Part shown: one piece after another, positions 30,203 through 38,784 of the stretch | Layout: every line of letters begins with the position of its first letter | Position numbering within the stretch: position 1 is the stretch's first letter | Source of the DNA: Chloroflexota bacterium | Lineage (GTDB): Bacteria > Chloroflexota > UBA11872 | Direction of reading: 5' to 3' | Assembly (NCBI GenBank): GCA_965208215.1 | Contig: CBDBOH010000003.1 | Span: forward strand, 1,761,259 to 1,825,258 | Length of the DNA stretch: 64,000 bases | Notes under the pieces: model-generated | Databases searched by the model: none | Told to the model about the DNA's origin: nothing | What the model saw: only the letters and a program-made list of their open reading frames with translations | Translations under genes and position numbers: made by a program

Positions 30203-33031
30203 CTAATTTCGCCTGGGGAGCTTCTGGGTGTTGGTGCAGGGTTGGTCGGAGGCGAATTGGGAGCAGCCGAGGAACCAGCCGGGGCGGCCCTGGCGGATGA
30301 CCATGACGCCGGCGCGGCAGGACTCGCAGACGGGCGGGCTGGCGTTGCAGGAGGGGTTGGTGCAGCGGGACGAGCGGCCGGAGATGACCGAGAAGCCGCG
30401 TCGACAGGTCTGGCAGCGGGGGGCGCGGTAGCGGCAGAAGGGAGCGTTGAGGCAGCTCATGCTCTGGCCCGTACTGGACACGTCGAGCCTCCCGGTGCGG
30501 CAGCGGGGGCAGGTGGGCGTGCGATCCCGTTTGAACTCGCCGAGGCGGCGCAGGCCGGGGGATTCCCGGAGCAGTTCGTTTATGAACGTGGAGGGTCGCT
30601 GGGCGTCGGCCACCAGGTAGGTCCCTCGACGCGCGCGCGTCATGGCGACGTAGAAGAGGCGCCGCTCCTCGGCGTGCCGAAACGAGCCACCGGGCGGAGG
30701 CGGCAGCACAAGGTCGAGCAGCGGATCTTCCTCGTGCTGGGCCGGAAAGCCGAGGCGGGCGTCCCTGAGGTCGAGCACGACCACGTAGTCGGCCTCGCGG
30801 CCCTTGGCGGCGTGCACCGTGCTGAACTCGAGGCGCAGCCGCCCGCGACGTGACGCGGGGAGCGCGCCCTTGCTGCTGCGGTAGCGGCCGAGGACGAGTA
30901 CGGAGACCGGCGGGCCGCCGGCGTCCTCGCACGTCTCGATGTCGCTCAGGGCGTCCCGCAGTCCGCGGGCGGGCGCATCGCTGGCGATGACGGTGACACC
31001 GCCGTCGCGCACGCCCTGGGCCGGGCGCAGCGTGCGCTGCGTCTGGGCGGGGTTGCGCACCACGAAGGCTGTGGAGGGTTCCATGATTCCGCCGGCGAAG
31101 CGAAAGGTGCGGCTGAGCGCCCGCTCGCGAACGTGCCCGAGGTACTGCCCGCACTCGCGCACGAGGGCGACATCGCTTCCGGCGAAGCGGTAGATCGACT
31201 GCCAGTCGTCGCCGACGAGGAAGTAGGCGACGCCGGGGCGCTTGAGCGCCTGGAGCAACGCCATTCGGCCCGCCGAGATGTCCTGGAACTCGTCGACCAT
31301 CACGTAGCGGTAGGGCGACTGCCAGCGGCTGTTGCGGATGTGAGCGGCGGCGTGGTTGCTCAGGTCGTGGAAGTCCTTGTCCTCTCCCAGCAGGCGGTCG
31401 TAGCGCGCGCTGACCTGCTCGAAGAGGTCGACGAACGCCTCGCCGCGGGTGGGATCACGCGACTCACGCGCACGTTTGCGGAGCGTCTCGGCGGCGACGC
31501 CGCTGGTCTTGACGTGGTTCAGGAACGCGGCCATCAGCTGCGCCAGCCATGAAATCAGCCAGCGTCCCAGCTCCAGGAGGAGCGTGCGGATTGGGACGCG
31601 CTGGAACGTGACGCCCGCCTCCTCGAGTTGCTGGCGCAGGCTCAGGCGAAGCACGCCCTCGCGCTGCTGCCAGCTGTAGGTCTCGATCAGCTTCGTGCCG
31701 TACTGCTGGTGGATGTCGCGCTTCCAGCCGACGCCCTCGGCGTACCCGGTCCATCCCTCCGGCGCGCGGCCCTGCCGGTCCAGGGCCAGGTGTTCGATGT
31801 AGATGTCGTGGTCGGGGAGGTAGAAGTCGGGCCGGTACTGGCGATGCCACGGGGTGACGGTCTTAACCGGATAGGGCCGCTCGTAGTTGAAGCTGACGCC
31901 GTTCTGGGTCAGGAAGTTCGCGATCTCCAGTTCTTCGAAGCTCTTCACCAGGTCGCCGCTGAGCGTGCGCAACTCGGAGCGCCGAACGTGGTCGTAGTAC
32001 TCGCCGGGGGTCTTGAAATCGAAGTGCGAGCGGTAACCCGAGCGATGGCGCGTGATGAAGTCCGCGATCGCCCGGCTTTGCCGCGGATCGTCGAGCAGGT
32101 CGACGAGGATGCGATCGATGGCCACGGGGAGCATCGCCTCGTCTTCCGCAAGCCTTGCGATCGTCGGCGCGGCTTCGACGTCGGCGATGACGCGGCGCCC
32201 GAAGGCGTGGAAGGTGGAGACGTGGGCGCCGGCGAGGTCGTCCGGCAGGCGCTGGCGGATCTCCCGAGCGGCCTTGCGGTTGAAGGCGAGCACGAGGATC
32301 TGACGCGGCGGGACGCCCCGGTTGCGGACGAGGTGGGCGATCTTGCCGGTGATGACGGCGGTCTTGCCCGTGCCCGCGCCGGCGAGCACCAGGGTGGTGT
32401 CCTCGTCGGTGGCGATCGCCTCCGCCTGCTCGGCCGTGGGCGGCGAGGCAAGCACGTCCTGGGCGGCTCGAGCCACGGCGGGAGCGGCGGCGGCGACGAA
32501 GCGAGTGTTGGCCGCTTCCCTGGCCGCCTCATACGTCTCAAGGCGCGCGACCGGCTGGATGCGTGCGAGCGCCTCGGCCACCTGTGCGGGCAGGAAGCCT
32601 CGTGTCAGGGCGCCACCTCCGCGCTCCACGGTGCTCGCAATGTCCGCCTGGAGCCCGCTGGCCTGAGATTTCCGGGCATAGCGGCGACTGGCGTGGAGAC
32701 GGTCCAGGCGGTCGTCAAGTTGCGTGAGTTGCGACGCCAGCGCCCGGGCTATATGGGCGACCTCCGCAAGTACCGCCGCCTGGAGCCGCTCGGCTTCCTT
32801 GCGGGCGAGCCCGCCGATGGCGCGCTCGGCGCCGCCGGCCTCGCGCACGGTGAGTTGCGTCCAGAACCACGAGCGACGCGTCCGGATGCTGTCGATTGCG
32901 CCAACCGGCGTGCCCTGAGAGTCCCCGAAGCGCAGCACGCCGTCGTCGAGCGCGACATGTGCCGGGCCGGAGCCAAGCAGCCGAACGAGAGGTGCGCTGG
33001 TGGCTTCTACCCGGGTGGTCCTTGGGGGCAT
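30203..33031 (-). CDS. helD: DNA helicase IV-like UvrD-family helicase with an inserted PD-(D/E)XK-like segment and C-terminal Zn ribbons, about 942 aa
   Basis: LAGAGTGKT, VDEFQD, GDDWQSIYRFAG, EERRLFYVAMTRA; N-terminal RRSWFW; insert KSFEELEIANFL...YRPDFYL...IYIEH; CPRC, CQTC and CESC repeats. Start at ATG 33031. Confidence 0.85.
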   Translation of the reverse strand: MPPRTTRVEATSAPLVRLLGSGPAHVALDDGVLRFGDSQGTPVGAIDSIRTRRSWFWTQLTVREAGGAERAIGGLARKEAERLQAAVLAEVAHIARALASQLTQLDDRLDRLHASRRYARKSQASGLQADIASTVERGGGALTRGFLPAQVAEALARIQPVARLETYEAAREAANTRFVAAAAPAVARAAQDVLASPPTAEQAEAIATDEDTTLVLAGAGTGKTAVITGKIAHLVRNRGVPPRQILVLAFNRKAAREIRQRLPDDLAGAHVSTFHAFGRRVIADVEAAPTIARLAEDEAMLPVAIDRILVDLLDDPRQSRAIADFITRHRSGYRSHFDFKTPGEYYDHVRRSELRTLSGDLVKSFEELEIANFLTQNGVSFNYERPYPVKTVTPWHRQYRPDFYLPDHDIYIEHLALDRQGRAPEGWTGYAEGVGWKRDIHQQYGTKLIETYSWQQREGVLRLSLRQQLEEAGVTFQRVPIRTLLLELGRWLISWLAQLMAAFLNHVKTSGVAAETLRKRARESRDPTRGEAFVDLFEQVSARYDRLLGEDKDFHDLSNHAAAHIRNSRWQSPYRYVMVDEFQDISAGRMALLQALKRPGVAYFLVGDDWQSIYRFAGSDVALVRECGQYLGHVRERALSRTFRFAGGIMEPSTAFVVRNPAQTQRTLRPAQGVRDGGVTVIASDAPARGLRDALSDIETCEDAGGPPVSVLVLGRYRSSKGALPASRRGRLRLEFSTVHAAKGREADYVVVLDLRDARLGFPAQHEEDPLLDLVLPPPPGGSFRHAEERRLFYVAMTRARRGTYLVADAQRPSTFINELLRESPGLRRLGEFKRDRTPTCPRCRTGRLDVSSTGQSMSCLNAPFCRYRAPRCQTCRRGFSVISGRSSRCTNPSCNASPPVCESCRAGVMVIRQGRPGWFLGCSQFASDQPCTNTQKLPRRN

Positions 33032-33368
33032 AACAGGGCGGGATGCGGGGACAGTTGGAGTAACCGCAACAGCATAGTGAGGTTCGGGCGGGAAAAGCCC
33101 CAACGTGCTGTGCAGGGTCGGGTCGACCGTGATCGCCTCGATCGCGGCTAGCGAGTCTCCCACCAGCGGCTCATGTCTGACGGCAGGTCGTCCAAGCCGA
33201 ACTGCGTCGCCCGCATGCGCTAGCTGCCGGCTGCCCGAGGCAGACCGCGTGACAGCCGCGCATGGCCAGGCGCGTGGCGTTAAAACTTCCGTCGGCGGCG
33301 ACATATTTGCGCCACATTTCGTCCCTACCGTCATTCGTGTGAGAGGCACAGCACGAAGGCGGAGAACG

Positions 33369-34835
33369 ATGACTGGGATGAAGCTGACGACGAGGACGAC
33401 GCAGGTGTTGGCGGGGACAGTCCTGGGGGCCGTCCTCGGGGCGGGCGTCCTGGTGGGCTGCGGCCAGGCAGGCCCCGGTACGGGCGCGGAGATCCGCGGC
33501 GGCGAGGTCGCCGGGGAGCACGGCGCGGGCGGCGAAGGGGCCGGCGGCGAGGGTGGAGCCCCCGCCGCGGGCAGCGAGGAAGCCAGCGGCGCCACGCTGG
33601 CGCCGAACGCGACGTTCGACGCGGTGCGCAGCGGCGCACGGCTGGTCCTGAACTACAACGCGGCGCAGCAGGCGTTCACGGGTACGGTCGAGAACACGAC
33701 CAGCAACGTCCTGGGGCAGGTGCGGATCGAGGTGCACCTGTCGAACGGGGTGGAGCTGGGGCCGACGACGCCGATGGACCTGCAGCCGGGCCAGGTGCTG
33801 CCGATCGAGTTGCCGTCGACGACGGGGTCGTTCACGGGCTGGATTGCCCACGCGGAAGTGGGCAGCGGCGGCGAGGGCGGCCAGGCCGTCGGCGAAGGTG
33901 GGGGCGAAGGCGGAGCGGCCGGCGCGGAAGCCGCGCGGGAAGCCGCGATGTCGAGCCCGATCACGCCGCTGGACCAGCCCTGGAGCGGGGTGCTGGGCGG
34001 GATCGCGGTGGACGCGCGCTACGACGCGGCGACGCAGACGATCCACACCACGGTGCGCAACACGCTGGGCCAGACGCAGTGCTACGTGCAGGTGGAACCT
34101 CACCTGAAGGCGGGCACGCAGACGGTCGGCGAGTTGGGGCCGGGCCAGGTGGGCGACCTGCAGCCGGGCCAGCAGGCCACGTCGAGCCTGGGGCTGGCGA
34201 GTGAGCCGAGCCTGGCCGGGGTGGCGTTCGACGGCTACGTGATCCACGTGGAGGTGTTCGACTGCGGCGGGCCGGGGCCGGTGCCGCACAGCGGCGGGGA
34301 AGGCGGCCAAGGCTCCGGCGAGGGCGCCGGGGGCGAGGGCCACGGTCCCGGCGGCGAAGGCGGGAACGAAGGCTCCGGTGGTGAAGGTGCGGGCGCCGGC
34401 GGCGCGGCAGGCAGCGAAGAAGGCAGCGGCGCGAACCTGGCGCTGGACGAGACCTTCGACGCGGTGCGCGGCGGGGCGCGCCTGATCATGAGCTACGACG
34501 CGGCGAGCAACGCGTTCACGGGGACGGTGGCGAACACGACCGACGCCATCCTGCGGCAGGTGCGGATCGAGGTGCACCTGTCGAACGGAGTGGAGTTGGG
34601 TCCGACGACGCCGGTGGACCTGCAGCCGGGCCAGGTGCTCGCGGTGGAGCTGCCGGCGACGGCGGCGCCGTTCAGTGGCTGGATCGCTCATGCCGAAGTG
34701 GGCAGTGGCGGCGAGGCCGGCGGCGAGCATGGCAGCGGCAGCCAGAGCGGTGACGGCCGCGGCGAACACGGCAGCGGCCGCGAAGGCAGCGGCGGCGAGC
34801 ACGGTGATCGCGGCGAGGGCGGCAGTGGCGGCTAG
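33369..34835 (+). CDS. Lipoprotein with three FxLYD/Ig-like domains and Gly/Glu/His-rich linkers, about 488 aa
   Basis: GGAG RBS; lipobox-like LVGC. Each domain has a TGTV-x-NT-like strand plus ExH and HxE motifs. Confidence 0.75.
   Translation: MTGMKLTTRTTQVLAGTVLGAVLGAGVLVGCGQAGPGTGAEIRGGEVAGEHGAGGEGAGGEGGAPAAGSEEASGATLAPNATFDAVRSGARLVLNYNAAQQAFTGTVENTTSNVLGQVRIEVHLSNGVELGPTTPMDLQPGQVLPIELPSTTGSFTGWIAHAEVGSGGEGGQAVGEGGGEGGAAGAEAAREAAMSSPITPLDQPWSGVLGGIAVDARYDAATQTIHTTVRNTLGQTQCYVQVEPHLKAGTQTVGELGPGQVGDLQPGQQATSSLGLASEPSLAGVAFDGYVIHVEVFDCGGPGPVPHSGGEGGQGSGEGAGGEGHGPGGEGGNEGSGGEGAGAGGAAGSEEGSGANLALDETFDAVRGGARLIMSYDAASNAFTGTVANTTDAILRQVRIEVHLSNGVELGPTTPVDLQPGQVLAVELPATAAPFSGWIAHAEVGSGGEAGGEHGSGSQSGDGRGEHGSGREGSGGEHGDRGEGGSGG
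33570..33876 (+). repeat. Intragenic direct repeat (domain 1); partner at 34410-34716
   Basis: Colinear at an exact 840-nt offset with long identical runs, e.g. CAGGTGCGGATCGAGGTGCACCTGTCGAACGG. Confidence 0.9.
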
Positions 34836-34919
34836 GGTTAGCCTAGACGGCCCAACCGTGGGGAGCCGCGGTACCTCATCGAGGTCCCGCGGCTCCGTCG
34901 GTCGCGCGGAGGATCCGAC

Positions 34920-35597
34920 GTGAGCCAGACCGTCTTGATCGTGGAAGACGATCCACGCATCGCGCGGTGGGTGCAGGTGTATTTCGAGCGAGCGGGGTAT
35001 GCAGCCGAGATCGCGCACGATGGGGCTGCGGGGCTGGCGCGAGCCCGCGAGCTAACGCCGGACCTGATCATCCTGGATCTGATGCTGCCCCGCCTGGACG
35101 GGGTGGAGGTGTGTCGAACGCTGCGGCGCGAGTCCGACGTTCCGATCATCATGTTGACGGCCAGGGAAGCGCACACGGAGCGAGTGATCGGGCTGGAGAG
35201 CGGCGCGGACGACTACATCGTCAAGCCGTTCGATCCGGGCGAGTTGATTGCGCGGGCCGAGGCGGTGCTGCGCCGGGTCAGGGGCCGGGTTCAGCAGGTG
35301 CTGAGCGGCGGCCATATCAGCCTCAATGAGACCACCGGCAGCGTGACCATCGATGGAGAACCCGTCTCGCTGAGCCAGCGGCAGGTTTCGCTGCTGGCCA
35401 CCTTCATGCGCCATCCCAACCAGGTGCTCACCCGCGATCAGATCATTGCGTTGACGTTTGATCACGAGTTCCAGGGGTTCGACCGGGCCATCGACAGCCA
35501 GATCACGCGCTTGCGAAAGCAGATCGGTCGAGACGGGCGCCAACCCATTCAGACGGTTTACGGCGCCGGCTACAAGTTCGTTGTCGAGGACGCGTGA
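34920..35597 (+). CDS. OmpR-family response regulator
   Basis: VEDD, ILDLMLP, PIIMLTA, GADDYIVKPF, IQTVYGAGYKF. Confidence 0.95.
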   Translation: MSQTVLIVEDDPRIARWVQVYFERAGYAAEIAHDGAAGLARARELTPDLIILDLMLPRLDGVEVCRTLRRESDVPIIMLTAREAHTERVIGLESGADDYIVKPFDPGELIARAEAVLRRVRGRVQQVLSGGHISLNETTGSVTIDGEPVSLSQRQVSLLATFMRHPNQVLTRDQIIALTFDHEFQGFDRAIDSQITRLRKQIGRDGRQPIQTVYGAGYKFVVEDA

Positions 35598-37003
35598 TGT
35601 CGCTGCGCTGGCGAATCATGGCCTCCATCGTCGCGGTCATCCTGCTTACGGTGGTCGTCAGCGTGGTGGTGGGCTATGTCACGACGCAGGCGCGGCTGGG
35701 CGCGTTTGTGGAGGAGCTTGGCGATTCCCAGGCGAGCCGGCTGGCGCTGAATCTGAGCCGGGAGTACACGACGTCCGGCGGCTGGCAGACGGTGGATCGC
35801 CCGCTGGCGGAGGCCGGCTATTTCGTGGAGCCCGGCTCCCGGAGGGAACGATCCGGCGAGCATGGGGCTGAACGGGCCGAGTCCGGCGATGACGATTCGC
35901 TCCGAGTGGTCGTGGTGGGCATCGATGGACGCGTCGTGACGGACAACGCCGGCGAACTGTCAGCGGGCGCCACGGCGCCGGAGCTCGCCGGGCGCCGCGA
36001 GACGCTGTTCGATCTGACAACGAATCAGCCGGTCGGCCACGTCTATGTGGACGTCAATCATGAGTTTCTGTCGACGGAGTCGCACGGGTTTCTCAGCACG
36101 CTGTTGTTGATTACCGGGATTGGCGGCCTGGTGACGGTTGGCGTGGGCGCTGGGCTGGCCGCCTGGCTGTCGAGGCGGATCACCGGACCCGTGGCGGCCC
36201 TGACGAAGGCGACCCAGGCGATTGCTCGAGGCGATACGACCAACCTGCCGGTCACGTCGGGCGACGAGTTGGGGCGGATGAGCGCGGCCTTCAACCGCAT
36301 GGCGTCCAGCCTGGCGACGCAGCGCGAACTCCGCCGGCGGCTGGTCAACGACGTGTCGCACGAGCTGAATACGCCGCTGAGCGTGATCCAGCTTGAAGCG
36401 CGAGGGCTGCGGGACGGGCTGCAGACGCCGGAAGAGTCGTCGGACCACATCATCCAGGAAGTCGACCGGCTGCGCGGCCTGGTAACCGACCTGAACTCGC
36501 TGGCGGAAACCGAGCACGGGGAGCTAGGTCTCTCGCGCGAACAGATTTCGATTCGCGAGCTGCTCGCCGCCGAGATGGAGCGCTGGCGGCCGCAGGCCCA
36601 GGCGAAGGCGATTGAATTGCGGCTTGACGCAAGCGCACATCTCCCGGAACTGCGCCTCGACCGGATGCGGATGAGCCAAGCCATGGGCAATGTTCTGGGC
36701 AACGCCATCGAGAGCGCGCGGGACGGGGGGAATGTCGTGCTGAGAGTGGAACTGGAGGACGACGCGGTAGTGGCGATCTCCGTGACTGACGACGGAGTCG
36801 GCATTGACGAGGCCGATCTGCCCCACGTCTTTGACCGCTTTTACCGGACCGAGGACTCGCGCCTGCGCCGCAGGGAAGGTCGGGGGTTGGGGTTGTCAAT
36901 TGCTCGATCGATCGTCGAAGCGCACGGCGGAATGGTTGACATAACTAGTGAGGGGCTTGGGCAAGGAGTCACGGTGACGATTTGTTTTCCCATTGACAGT
37001 TGA
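35594..37003 (+). CDS. HAMP-domain sensor histidine kinase (BaeS-like)
   Basis: Two TM segments, DELGRMSAAFNRMA, DVSHELNTPL, NVLGNAI, DDGVGI, FDRFYR, GRGLGLSI. Confidence 0.95.
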   Translation: MMSLRWRIMASIVAVILLTVVVSVVVGYVTTQARLGAFVEELGDSQASRLALNLSREYTTSGGWQTVDRPLAEAGYFVEPGSRRERSGEHGAERAESGDDDSLRVVVVGIDGRVVTDNAGELSAGATAPELAGRRETLFDLTTNQPVGHVYVDVNHEFLSTESHGFLSTLLLITGIGGLVTVGVGAGLAAWLSRRITGPVAALTKATQAIARGDTTNLPVTSGDELGRMSAAFNRMASSLATQRELRRRLVNDVSHELNTPLSVIQLEARGLRDGLQTPEESSDHIIQEVDRLRGLVTDLNSLAETEHGELGLSREQISIRELLAAEMERWRPQAQAKAIELRLDASAHLPELRLDRMRMSQAMGNVLGNAIESARDGGNVVLRVELEDDAVVAISVTDDGVGIDEADLPHVFDRFYRTEDSRLRRREGRGLGLSIARSIVEAHGGMVDITSEGLGQGVTVTICFPIDS

Positions 37004-37098
37004 GTGCCGGCGTGTCCAGCCCGTCGTGTCTACTGAGTGACTTTTTCCAATGATAAACTTAGGAAGCATTGATTCTCTCTTGAGGCATTGCTTGACAC

Positions 37099-37368
37099 AT
37101 GAAGGAATACACTGCGACCACCACCCAGCGCAACCAGGTCACCATCCCGGCCGCGGTTCGACGACTGCTGGGCATCAAACCCAGGGACAAGGTGGCCTTC
37201 ACCATCGACGACACGGGCACGGTTCGGCTGGCCGCCGCTCAATTCACCCTGGAGTCCGCCTACGGCTCCGTCCGGCCAACCGCGCAGCCAGAGGACTTTG
37301 AGCAGTTGTCCCGAGACGCCAAGGACGAAAAGGCCATGGCCACGGCACGCGAATTGCATGGGGAATGA
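37099..37368 (+). CDS. AbrB/MazE/SpoVT-family antitoxin
   Basis: TQRNQVTIPAAVRRLLGIKPRDKVAF; ATGA overlap with vapC. Confidence 0.9.
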   Translation: MKEYTATTTQRNQVTIPAAVRRLLGIKPRDKVAFTIDDTGTVRLAAAQFTLESAYGSVRPTAQPEDFEQLSRDAKDEKAMATARELHGE

Positions 37369-37778
37369 AGTTCCTGGACACCAATGTCATCCTGAGATTC
37401 CTCACCCGCGACGACGAGGAGAAGGCCGCGGCATGCTTCCGGCTCTTTCAGCGGGCGCAGCGCGGCGAAGAGGAGATCCTGACCTGCGAAGCGGTCGTCT
37501 GCGAAGTCGTGTATGTCTTGTCGTCGCGGCGTGCGGGCTATGGCCTCAGCCGCGAGGCCATCCGCGGTCGCCTGGCGCCGATCCTCACGCTTCGAGGACT
37601 CCGGCTTGCCCAGAAGCGTGTCTACCTGCGGGCGCTGGACATCTATGCGGCGTCGCCGTTCCTTGACTTCGAGGACGCCCTGGCGGCGGCTCACATGGAA
37701 CGGCACGGTATTTCGGAGATTGTGAGCTACGACTGTTGCTTTGACCGGGTGCCTGGCCTGCAGCGGGTCGAGCCGTGA
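37365..37778 (+). CDS. vapC: VapC/PIN toxin
   Basis: FLDTNVILRFL, VVCEVVYVL, DFEDAL, SYD. Confidence 0.9.
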   Translation: MKFLDTNVILRFLTRDDEEKAAACFRLFQRAQRGEEEILTCEAVVCEVVYVLSSRRAGYGLSREAIRGRLAPILTLRGLRLAQKRVYLRALDIYAASPFLDFEDALAAAHMERHGISEIVSYDCCFDRVPGLQRVEP

Positions 37779-37902
37779 GGGAGCACCGAATCTGGCCGTC
37801 GCAGGCGTCTTGACTTAGCGACCCGGTAGAGCCTGCAGGCGCGGTTGTGAACCATGGCTTGCAGTCTCCCAACTGCGGGCCAAGCAAAGGTAGGAGGGCC
37901 AC

Positions 37903-38685
37903 ATGATCGGCGCGATCATTGGCGACATCGTGGGGTCGGTGTACGAGTGGCGGCGGATCAAGACCAAGTCGTTCGAGTTTTTCGTCGACCAGTGCGAGTG
38001 CACGGACGATTCGATCTGCACGGCCGCCGTGGCCGACATCCTGATGCACGACCGTCCGCCCGCCCAGACGCTTCAGCGGTGGTGCCGGGAGCACCCGCGC
38101 GGCGACTACGGGGGCAGGTTTGCCGAGTGGATCTGGATGGATCCGCCGCGTCCGTACGACAGTTTTGGCAATGGCGCGGCCATGCGGGTTTCGCCGGCGG
38201 CTTACCTGAACCGCGACGGCGACTTGTCGATTGCGCTGGAGGCGTCAGACCTGGTGACCGCCGTCACCCACAACCACCTGGAGGGAATCAAGGGCGCCCG
38301 CGCCACCGTGCACGCGATCTGGCTGGCCTTCCAGGGCGAGCCGGCCGCTGCCATTCGCTCGGCAATCACCGATACCTACGACTACGACCTGTCCCGCAGC
38401 GTCGACGACATCCGCCCCGGCTATCGCTTCAACGAGATCTGCCAGACGACAGTGCCGGAAGCCATTACCTGCGCCCTGGAGTCCGAGAGCTTCGAGGACG
38501 CCATTCGCAATGCCGTCTCGCTGGGCGGCGATTCCGACACCCTGGCGGCCATCGCGGGTCCGATTGCCGAGGCGTTGCACGGAATTCCCGCCGACATCCA
38601 GACCGAGGCCGAATGCCGGTACATCCCAGAGGACATCCTGACCATAGTCCGTGAGCTGTACGGCATAGCCAAACGCCATTCCTAA
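37903..38685 (+). CDS. ADP-ribosylglycohydrolase (DraG/ARH family)
   Basis: GAIIGDIVGSVYE, TDDS, SFGNGAAMRVSP, THNH, GGDSDTLAAIAG. Confidence 0.92.
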   Translation: MIGAIIGDIVGSVYEWRRIKTKSFEFFVDQCECTDDSICTAAVADILMHDRPPAQTLQRWCREHPRGDYGGRFAEWIWMDPPRPYDSFGNGAAMRVSPAAYLNRDGDLSIALEASDLVTAVTHNHLEGIKGARATVHAIWLAFQGEPAAAIRSAITDTYDYDLSRSVDDIRPGYRFNEICQTTVPEAITCALESESFEDAIRNAVSLGGDSDTLAAIAGPIAEALHGIPADIQTEAECRYIPEDILTIVRELYGIAKRHS

Positions 38686-38784
38686 CGTCACTGTTAAGAC
38701 TCTAAGGTCTCTTATCTATTCAAACTTACTTGCCACATTGGTAATACGTGTATTAGGTATCTAGATTCGACAGATCCAAACTGA

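Noticed and set aside
31628-35018. 507- and 615-aa ORFs antisense to helD and the lipoprotein
   Set aside because: Shadow frames; the opposite strands carry recognisable proteins.
38742-38755. TAATAC-GT-GTATTA palindrome
   Set aside because: Short and AT-rich between convergent genes; may be a weak terminator or chance.
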